A DNA stretch of 64,000 nt from Candidatus Latescibacterota bacterium (GTDB taxonomy: Bacteria > Latescibacterota > UBA2968 > UBA8231): the NCBI GenBank assembly GCA_965215195.1, contig CBDCDC010000002.1, positions 992,001-1,056,000 of the forward strand, read 5' to 3'. Position numbers and translations under genes: made by a program. The notes under the pieces are model-generated. The model worked only from the letters and a program-made list of their open reading frames with translations, was not told the DNA's origin and searched no databases. Positions within the stretch are counted from its first letter, which is position 1, and every line of letters starts with the position of its first letter. Positions 47,251 to 54,605 of this stretch are shown piece after piece.

Positions 47251-48325
47251 CTCTTTCCTCTCCTTTTTCGGTTGGGGATGGTGTGTATCGGAAAATTGTC
47301 ACCTCTTCTGGACGGAACACCTTATCCCGCCAGTAGAATCCGATTTTGTGAACTTCTGCCACTTTCCAATCCTGCTCAGGGGTATCGGCAGGTTTTGTGT
47401 AGAGCGTTTTGTGCAACTTCCGGTTCAGTGTCTCCAGACGTTCCTCGTACGGGATCACATCCAGACGGAACAAAACTTCTTCTAATTCTAAGCGCACATT
47501 CTCCAGATTCTTCTGAAATTGATACAGGTCATTAGAACGAATATCCTCCGTTGCGTTGAGAATACCATTGAGTTGTGATTCAATCAGCTTAAAGTTATCG
47601 TAGAACCCGATCAAATTTTGGATAATCGGCTTGTGATGAGCCTCAAGGAGGGAATTTTCCTTGTACTCCTTCATTTCGCGATGGATCGCGTCAAACATCT
47701 TATTCTGATTCGCGTTGCGAGCAATCTGTTCTTCAAACAGTTGCCGCAACTCGGACAAGCTCTGCGTCACTTCTGTCAGTGAGTCTGTCTGTAATGCCGG
47801 CGGATCACCCTCTGGTGTTGACGGATCCGTTGCCTCAACCACGTCTATTTTCGACGGCGTTTCAACGCGCAGGGTCAGGCATGGGCCAACCGGTTTGTGA
47901 AAAGCCTCAAGGTACTCCTGCATTTCACGGTAAAGCGCGTCGAACCTGTTGTTTTTATCTCGGTTTTGGGCAATCTGTTCTTCAAACAGTTGCCGCAACT
48001 CGGACAAGCCCTGAGTCACCTCTGCCAGCGAGTCTGTTTGTAATGCCGACGGTTCATCCTTTTCTGTCGAGCTTTCACCACCATCACCGTTGGTCTCTGA
48101 GTGTGAGTTAGCACCTGTACCCAACTCATCCTCTGAAGGCGTATCAGTTTGTGATGCCTCAGGCTCACCCTCTGGGGTTTGTCGATCCGTTGTCTCGCCC
48201 GCAGCTATTTCGGGTGAGGTTTCACTGTCATTACTGTCGTTTTCTACCGGCAAATCGGGGACCGTATCCGAAGTGGCCCCTGACGTTGCATCATCGGGTT
48301 TTTTCTTCCTAGACCAAGGCCACAT
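47243..48325 (-). CDS. grpE: GrpE-like nucleotide exchange factor with acidic N-terminus and duplicated coiled coil
   Basis: C-terminal LNRKLHKTL...VAEVHKIGFYWRDKVFRPEEVTI; located between two Hsp70 genes; RBS gaggagg. Confidence 0.8.
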   Translation of the reverse strand: MWPWSRKKKPDDATSGATSDTVPDLPVENDSNDSETSPEIAAGETTDRQTPEGEPEASQTDTPSEDELGTGANSHSETNGDGGESSTEKDEPSALQTDSLAEVTQGLSELRQLFEEQIAQNRDKNNRFDALYREMQEYLEAFHKPVGPCLTLRVETPSKIDVVEATDPSTPEGDPPALQTDSLTEVTQSLSELRQLFEEQIARNANQNKMFDAIHREMKEYKENSLLEAHHKPIIQNLIGFYDNFKLIESQLNGILNATEDIRSNDLYQFQKNLENVRLELEEVLFRLDVIPYEERLETLNRKLHKTLYTKPADTPEQDWKVAEVHKIGFYWRDKVFRPEEVTIFRYTPSPTEKGEERDG

Positions 48326-48405
48326 CGTAACCTCCTCTATCAAAAGTAAGTAGTAAAGGTGAGCAAGAATTCAAATCCTTGCTTCGCTTCTGATTCGTAG
48401 ATGAT

Positions 48406-50478
48406 CTATAATCTCATCAGCCCACTGCCACCCCACGAAGATTCCGTGACGAGGCGACCTGCAATGGTGGTAAAAGTCGATTCAAGCTGAACGCTCTCCT
48501 CTGCGAAATAGTAGTCCTCGGGGGTTGACCCAACTTGCTTGAGATACTTGCTATCGACACCATTACCGACACCAATCGTAATCATTCGGATCCCTTGATG
48601 TTTTGCGAGTTCAGCTTCTCGGCTCGTACTACTTGAGTCATTGGGCATGCCATCGGTCAACAAGATAAGCACATTCTCATTATCGCTGTTGACCAATACT
48701 TGCTTTCGGGTAAGAGCGATTGCCTCGGCCATTGGCGTACTACCATCGGCATTCAAGTTTTTGATTGCCCGGCGGAGTTTCGCAAAATCTTGTGTGAGTT
48801 CCATCTGAATGTGAGCAGAGGGATTCCCAAAACTGACAAGCCCTACGTGGGCACTCGGATCGATATTATCGAGGAATTGAACTGCGGCTTTTCTTGCATC
48901 GCGGATTTCTTGACCAAACATACTCATCGAGCAGTCAATGACCAAGGCGATGTCCATAGGCACAGGCTCAGGAGCAACGAGGCTGTCCCAATCAATATCC
49001 TCCACCTTCTTCCGCTTGGGAAGTGCTTTTCCAGAAAGCACATCCTCGGCTTCGACCTCAATCACGCCACTCGCGTTATATTTGAAAGTGACTCTGAGGC
49101 GCGTCTCCCCAGCAGGGCGTGGTGGGATATTGTAGATTTCATAAGCGTCGCGCACGGGGCAATCGCGTGGGTCTTGCATGTCTCCCTGTACCACAATCAC
49201 ATCAAATTCCGTTTGATCGGGGCTTGTCGTCTCATAGTTGTCACGGCTAATCTCACAGGGGATGTTGGTGTTTTTTTTAATAATCGTACTGTTGCTCAAT
49301 TCTCCGATCTCGTCTAGGACGACCATCCCGAGGCTATGGGAGCAAACATCGCTAATCCGCATGATGCCCGTAATTGGGGCAGGTCCTGCACCGATGAATC
49401 GGCGTTCTTCTGTCTGTTCGGATTGAATAAGTGCGCCCATCCCTGCGGCACCAATCGCGACGGCTTCATCGGGATTGACCGAAGTATCCGGCGGCTTTCC
49501 GAAGTCTTGGGCCAGCATGTCGCGAATCATCGGCAGGCGCGTTGAACCACCGATCAAGAGGACCGTGTCAATCTGCTCCCGCGTTAAATTCGCTTCTATC
49601 AATACGACATCTACGAGGCCCCTACATCTTGTGACCAGATCAGATGTAATTGCCTCAAATTCCTGCCGGGTGAGTTGGAGACGAAGAGTTTTTCCCGCGT
49701 AATTAGCAGTAATCGCGGCTCTGTTGCGGGTTGACAACTGACTCTTGGCATGAACCGCACTCGCCTGAAGATCTTGGTAGGCATGAAGGTCAACCAATGG
49801 ATTTTCGCCGTGTTCAGTTTCAAATATTTTGGCCACATGGACGATTATTGCATCGTCCCAATCCTTCCCCCCAAGTCTGTGGTCGCCGTTAGTCGCTAAA
49901 ATTTTCATCTCCTGTCCATCAACTTCCATGATAGTCACATCAAAGGTGCCACCGCCAAGATCAAAGACTAAAACCCTTGACTTACTGCCGCTCTGGTGCA
50001 TGCCATAAGCGATAGCAGCGGCGGTTGGTTCATTGATGATGCGGTGAACTTTAAGCCCTGCGATTTCCCCTGCACGAATAGTCGCCTGCCGTTCCGAGTC
50101 ATTGAAGTAGGCGGGGACCGTAATAACAGCATCGGTGATCTCCGTGTTAAAATACGCCTCGGCATCCTGTTTGAGTTGTTGCAAAATCAGCGCGGAGAGT
50201 TCTTCAGCCGAATACTCCTTACCATTAAATTCTCGGAAAAACTTCTCTTTGGATTTGCCCATCTCGCGTTTGACGAATTCTACGATCTGGGCTGGCATCG
50301 CTACAGAGTTCTGCTTGGCGATTTTCCCAACGGTGACGAGATCATCCTCAAACAGAATCACTGAGGGCGTAAGTCGATCACTATCCGCGTTTGGAATGAT
50401 CTCCGGCTGGGCATGTTCGTTGATATGTGCAACAGCAGAAAATGTGGTCCCTAAATCAATCCCGATTATTTTGGGCAT
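48406..50478 (-). CDS. Hsp70-vWA fusion protein
   Basis: Full Hsp70 NBD motifs and SBD-beta (DVCSHSLG...FKYNASGVIEVEAED), then vWA DIALVIDCSMSM...GSTPM...LLTDGMPN...ITIGVG. Confidence 0.92.
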   Translation of the reverse strand: MPKIIGIDLGTTFSAVAHINEHAQPEIIPNADSDRLTPSVILFEDDLVTVGKIAKQNSVAMPAQIVEFVKREMGKSKEKFFREFNGKEYSAEELSALILQQLKQDAEAYFNTEITDAVITVPAYFNDSERQATIRAGEIAGLKVHRIINEPTAAAIAYGMHQSGSKSRVLVFDLGGGTFDVTIMEVDGQEMKILATNGDHRLGGKDWDDAIIVHVAKIFETEHGENPLVDLHAYQDLQASAVHAKSQLSTRNRAAITANYAGKTLRLQLTRQEFEAITSDLVTRCRGLVDVVLIEANLTREQIDTVLLIGGSTRLPMIRDMLAQDFGKPPDTSVNPDEAVAIGAAGMGALIQSEQTEERRFIGAGPAPITGIMRISDVCSHSLGMVVLDEIGELSNSTIIKKNTNIPCEISRDNYETTSPDQTEFDVIVVQGDMQDPRDCPVRDAYEIYNIPPRPAGETRLRVTFKYNASGVIEVEAEDVLSGKALPKRKKVEDIDWDSLVAPEPVPMDIALVIDCSMSMFGQEIRDARKAAVQFLDNIDPSAHVGLVSFGNPSAHIQMELTQDFAKLRRAIKNLNADGSTPMAEAIALTRKQVLVNSDNENVLILLTDGMPNDSSSTSREAELAKHQGIRMITIGVGNGVDSKYLKQVGSTPEDYYFAEESVQLESTFTTIAGRLVTESSWGGSGLMRL

Positions 50479-50569
50479 TTGGATTTTCTCCTTATGTAAC
50501 ACAGTATTGTGTATCGGCGTAGTGCCATCCTTGTCCTGCACGTTGACATCGGAGCCGCGATCGCGATAA

Positions 50570-51460
50570 TTAACGCTCGGTCTGAAGCCTCTTTGCTCTT
50601 TTATCTAAGGCTTGGAACAACGGGCGGCTGGATCGCTCATATATCGTAAAAGACTTTTCTGCTTTTTCTTTATCAAATTTGGCGGATGCATCTATTTTAA
50701 TTGACCTTGTCCTCAGAGCAGAGGTTAAGTCAGAAGTTTTTGAAACTTCGTTAATTCGATCGATTAGGTCGTTCGTAGGAATGGTAAAACTTCCGTTGTC
50801 GTCCGTGCGGTACGTCGTATCTTTGTCGAATTGCGGAAGGGAGACAGAGACGGGATGATTGGGAATATTTATAGGGTCATCCAGTCTCGCCGGCAAGGTC
50901 TTCCAGTCTGTACTTTTTGTTTTTATGCCGCCTTTTATATCAAGAGGGTCCCGTAAGCCGTTTGTGCCGCCGTAAAAAAAAGAAAGTAACAAAGTCGATA
51001 ATGCGTCTGATGCAACACCAATAAGAATCGTTTTTTGATTCTCTTTAAAAAACTCTCTTTCCTTGATGTATTCGTCTCCTGCAAATAATTCATCCGGATA
51101 GAGTGCCCCAAAGTAAAACACAAGCTCCACAATGCTTAAACCAAGCATTATTGCTCGGCCTGGGCCCTTCACTCCCCATCTATATGTAGTAATTGCTCGG
51201 TGTTGTTCTTGGTAATAGGGTTGATATTGCAAATGGAAACTGATCCCATCACTCGTTGGCGTTGGCGTTGGCGTTAAGGCCAGTTTGAACTCTTTTTTAT
51301 TTAAGTCTGTTCTTCGTGTTTCTCGAGTTGTTTTGACTCCTTGCTTTTCCATTGAAAGAGGCATTATTAATGCACAACCCGTCAAGCTACATGCCATTAT
51401 GACAATGAGAGAGTCTCTAACCGGCCCCCTCAGATAAATAAGTAAAGTGCTGACTGGCAT
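50570..51460 (-). CDS. Hypothetical lipoprotein A (paralogue of 38879-39718)
   Basis: LIVIMACSLTGC lipobox identical to the paralogue; shared C-terminal domain. Confidence 0.75.
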   Translation of the reverse strand: MPVSTLLIYLRGPVRDSLIVIMACSLTGCALIMPLSMEKQGVKTTRETRRTDLNKKEFKLALTPTPTPTSDGISFHLQYQPYYQEQHRAITTYRWGVKGPGRAIMLGLSIVELVFYFGALYPDELFAGDEYIKEREFFKENQKTILIGVASDALSTLLLSFFYGGTNGLRDPLDIKGGIKTKSTDWKTLPARLDDPINIPNHPVSVSLPQFDKDTTYRTDDNGSFTIPTNDLIDRINEVSKTSDLTSALRTRSIKIDASAKFDKEKAEKSFTIYERSSRPLFQALDKRAKRLQTER

Positions 51461-51552
51461 TATACTTCCTTCCGTAACGCGCAAAACAGCCCTCCCTTGG
51501 GAATATAAAGGCCGCTTAACCCGAACAGACGTTCAGTTAGGTATTGCGTTAT

Positions 51553-51906
51553 CTACAAGAGGAGTAGATATACTGCGGCAGCCGCTGCAGACATTCGTCC
51601 ACCGCCTTCAACAGTAGCAATCGGGTCACTAAACCAACCCTTTCGTCCCTCATAAACTTCGTTATCTTCAACAGTAGCAATCGGGTCGCTAGACCAACCC
51701 TTCCTTCCCTTATAAACTTCGTTACCTTCAACAGTAGCAATCGGGTCGCTAGACCAACCCTTCCTTCCCTTATAAACTTCGTTACCTTCAACAGTAGCAA
51801 TCGGGTCGCTAGACCAACCCTTTGGGTAGGTAAACACCTCGCCTTTCTCCACTATCAGAATAGGATCGTCAGACCAACCCTTTTGACCTTGATAAACTTT
51901 AGCCAT
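51553..51906 (-). CDS. Small protein of five 20-aa repeats (beta-flower-like)
   Basis: (EVYKGRKGWSSDPIATVEGN)n ending GGGRMSAAAAAVYLLLL; RBS aggagg; 60-bp DNA period. Confidence 0.75.
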   Translation of the reverse strand: MAKVYQGQKGWSDDPILIVEKGEVFTYPKGWSSDPIATVEGNEVYKGRKGWSSDPIATVEGNEVYKGRKGWSSDPIATVEDNEVYEGRKGWFSDPIATVEGGGRMSAAAAAVYLLLL

Positions 51907-52433
51907 TACTGCTAACCTCCTAGGCTTTGTACGATAAAAATAGATGTGAGCATAATCGAAATGCGCCTCTGGTTGGATGACTTGGCCAGTGAATGGCAAA
52001 AGGCGTACAGATGGACACCACACGACTCAAAATTTACTTACCTTACCCCGTAGCCCACTAAAGCGTATCGCTCCAGCAACACTCCGTTCCCCGACTGAAA
52101 CAAAAAACTGCGGGGATGGAGCCGTACAGACCACTGCCAACCCGGCATCGAATGAATCGCCAAGCGTTAGCGAAGCGATCATCCGACCCTTGAGCGGATC
52201 TAAGAGATTGTAGTCTAACGGCGGAAAAAAAGTGGGGGGGGGGGGGGTAAGTCTTTGTTTTTTAACGACTTACGGCGATTTTTGTCGGCGAAATCTTGGG
52301 GATAGAAGCAGGATGCGCCACTGCGACAGGCACTGCCAGCGGCAACTTCAATCTCAGATGTTGGATTGTTTATCATCTTCCTGTTCGTCCTCCGACGGGC
52401 GGCATAGCAGGCTCCGCTTTGCTTTAGGTGCTA

Positions 52434-52461
52434 AAAATATAGACGGTAAAAGCGTTGTCAA
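52434..52461 (-). promoter_or_regulatory. Candidate sigma70-type promoter pointing into the island cluster
   Basis: Minus strand TTGACA-N16-TATTTT. Confidence 0.35.
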
Positions 52462-52471
52462 GAAAAAACTA

Positions 52472-52518
52472 ACACGACAGATGGATGTAAGTGGTACAGC
52501 CTTGATTTAGGTTTGTTT
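52472..52518 (+). mobile_element. IS4-like end remnant, inverted relative to 28841-28893
   Basis: acacgacag...gtggtacagccttgatttaggtttgttt versus reverse complement acacgacag...gtggtgcagccttgacttaggtttattt (25/28 in the second block). Confidence 0.65.
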
Positions 52519-52528
52519 CTCCGCCGCC

Positions 52529-54604
52529 CTAGTACGCCACCCCCACCATCCCATTCGCCATTTCGCGGCCCTTGTCGGTGTCCCAATCGAGTTGATAGAG
52601 GTACAGACCGGGCGGCACGAGCGCACCCTCTTCGTCGCGCCCGTTCCAAGTTTGGGCAAAGCTGCCGCTGCCGCTGCTAGCCGCGATTTGGCGCACTAGG
52701 CGGCCGGACAGGTCGTAGATCCGCAAGCGGATCGGCCGCAGGCTCTCCAAGTCGCGCAATTCGTAGGCAATCGCGACGTGGTCGTTGACGCCGTCGCCGT
52801 TGGGCGTAAAGGTCGCTGGCATGGCCTGCACGCTGCTGATGAGGCCGCCGCCCATAGGCGTACGCACGGATACTACATCGCCGCCAAAGCGGAACGTCGC
52901 ATTGCCCGGGGCGACCTGTTGCTTGAGCTCGGGGTCGGCGCTGTCGTACACCCAGCTTCTGAAGTCCGCGCCAAAGCGCAAGACCTTGGCGTCGAAGACC
53001 ACCTCAATCCGCTTCTCATTGTCGCGCGGCCCCACCAAGCGGTCGAATGAGACGATCAGGCGGTCGTCCTCGATCTCGGGCGGGAAGCGATCGCTGATCT
53101 CCTCGCCGTCGATGAGCACCGAATGCACCCGTTCCACCGGGATCTGGGTGAAAATTTCCAGCCGGTCAAAGCCCAAGTCGCTGGCGCGCAAGACCGGGCG
53201 CACCACATAGGTGAAGGTTTCAGCCGCAAAGCTCTCGGTGGCAATCGGCCAGATCTCCCCAACCACCTCTTGGGCCACTGGATCCTCGGAAAACAGCAGG
53301 GCCATGTTGTCGATGCGCGGCGCCGCGGCGCCGCTGGCGAACAGGATGGCCTCTAGCTGGAAGTAGCGCGCCGGACTCGGCGACAGCACGGGCGTACCGT
53401 CCTGCCACAAATCGGCCGGCAGCTCGGCCTGCCGCAGCCCAGCCGCGAACTCATAGGGCGCCGACCAGAGGCTCCAATGCTCTAGGTCGTAGCTCAATTC
53501 CACGTCGTCCCACCGCCGGCGGCCGAGCTGGGTCAGGTATTCGTCGAGAGTCGATACTTCGAGGGTGCCGGTCGGGCCGATGGTGCGATAGACGTTGGGC
53601 TGCGGCGCGTTGCCCGTGCGGGTGCGGAGCAAAAGCTGGGACCCCTCGGGCACCTCGCCTTGCCAGCGAATTTTGCTCCAAGCGACCTCGCGGCCAAAAT
53701 CCAAGATCGGGGTGCGGTAGGTCGTGCGGCTCACAAAGCCCTCGCCATAGAGTTCGAGCTCGGCGATCTCCCAGTCGCGCTCGGGGTCGAGCGGGCGAAT
53801 GGCGATCCACTTGAGGTCGCGGGTGGGAAAGCGCAAATCCACCACCACGTCGAGGCTCTCGCGGTTGCGCGCCAAGATGTTAAAGGCCGGGTCGTTGGGC
53901 GCGCCCAAGGCCGCGTCGATAACCATGTACCACCGCTTGCCGCGCTGGCTGCGGTCGAAGTTGCTGTCCCAAAACGGCGCAGTGTGGTCGGCCACGCCGA
54001 TTTCGTACCACGCCAAGTAGTTGTCCTCAAACCCGGGCCGGGGAAAGAAGCGGATGCGGTTGATGGGCAGCTCGGCCCCCAAGTGAATGACGTTGTTTTT
54101 GACCACGCCGGGGTTGTTGCGGCCGGCCAAGCGCGGCGGCTCGGGCACTCGCACCAGCATGGCGGTCGTGGGATCGCCGTCGATGAGAAACTGCAAGGGC
54201 TGGGAGTCGGTCACCAAGTGCGTACCGCCGTAAATGCTGGCCGTGTAAAAGTGCCCTTGGCGCTCCTTGATCGACCGCGCCAAGTTTTCGCTCGGGTCGA
54301 TGTACAGCGGGCGCAGGCCGCCGTCGGCAAAGTCGATCAAGGTATCGACGCCCGCAGTGTTGAAGCGCACACTGACCTCTTCGGCGACCGCGCCAATGGC
54401 CACCTCCTCGACGATGCGGCCCTCGGCGTCGAGCAGCACGTACGAAGCGGTCTGCTCGGCCACCAGTGCCTGCCAAGAATTGCCGTCCGCGCCGCCGAGG
54501 CGGAACTCGCCGCGGCCCCACGCGCTGGTGGCCCAAGCCACGGCCAGCACCGCGCTCAGCCAGCCCAGCCGCTCTATCCGATTCAGCACGACGTCTCCTT
54601 TCAT
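52529..54604 (-). CDS. Exported protein with C-terminal FlgD Ig-like domain
   Basis: Signal peptide; INRIRFFPR, IAELELYGEGF, SPSPARYFQ; FTPNGDGVND...IYDLSGR...WNGRD...VPPGLYL; start uncertain. Confidence 0.8.
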   Translation of the reverse strand: MKGDVVLNRIERLGWLSAVLAVAWATSAWGRGEFRLGGADGNSWQALVAEQTASYVLLDAEGRIVEEVAIGAVAEEVSVRFNTAGVDTLIDFADGGLRPLYIDPSENLARSIKERQGHFYTASIYGGTHLVTDSQPLQFLIDGDPTTAMLVRVPEPPRLAGRNNPGVVKNNVIHLGAELPINRIRFFPRPGFEDNYLAWYEIGVADHTAPFWDSNFDRSQRGKRWYMVIDAALGAPNDPAFNILARNRESLDVVVDLRFPTRDLKWIAIRPLDPERDWEIAELELYGEGFVSRTTYRTPILDFGREVAWSKIRWQGEVPEGSQLLLRTRTGNAPQPNVYRTIGPTGTLEVSTLDEYLTQLGRRRWDDVELSYDLEHWSLWSAPYEFAAGLRQAELPADLWQDGTPVLSPSPARYFQLEAILFASGAAAPRIDNMALLFSEDPVAQEVVGEIWPIATESFAAETFTYVVRPVLRASDLGFDRLEIFTQIPVERVHSVLIDGEEISDRFPPEIEDDRLIVSFDRLVGPRDNEKRIEVVFDAKVLRFGADFRSWVYDSADPELKQQVAPGNATFRFGGDVVSVRTPMGGGLISSVQAMPATFTPNGDGVNDHVAIAYELRDLESLRPIRLRIYDLSGRLVRQIAASSGSGSFAQTWNGRDEEGALVPPGLYLYQLDWDTDKGREMANGMVGVAY

Positions 54605-54605
54605 T

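Larger units (their letters stand above)
27573..52519. mobile_element. Putative ~25-kb genomic island
   Basis: tccgccgc direct repeat at 27565-27572 and 52520-52527; Rpn nuclease and IS4-like remnants near the edges; visibly AT-richer interior; splits the FlgD/OM gene cluster. Confidence 0.55.

Noticed and set aside
44128-50478. Housekeeping dnaK-grpE-dnaJ operon
   Set aside because: Both Hsp70s are divergent and lid-less, the J-like protein lacks HPD and the zinc finger, and no hrcA or CIRCE element was seen
51606-51900. 60-bp periodic repeats resembling a CRISPR array
   Set aside because: No unique spacers, period is a multiple of 3 within an ORF with a good RBS, and no cas genes are present
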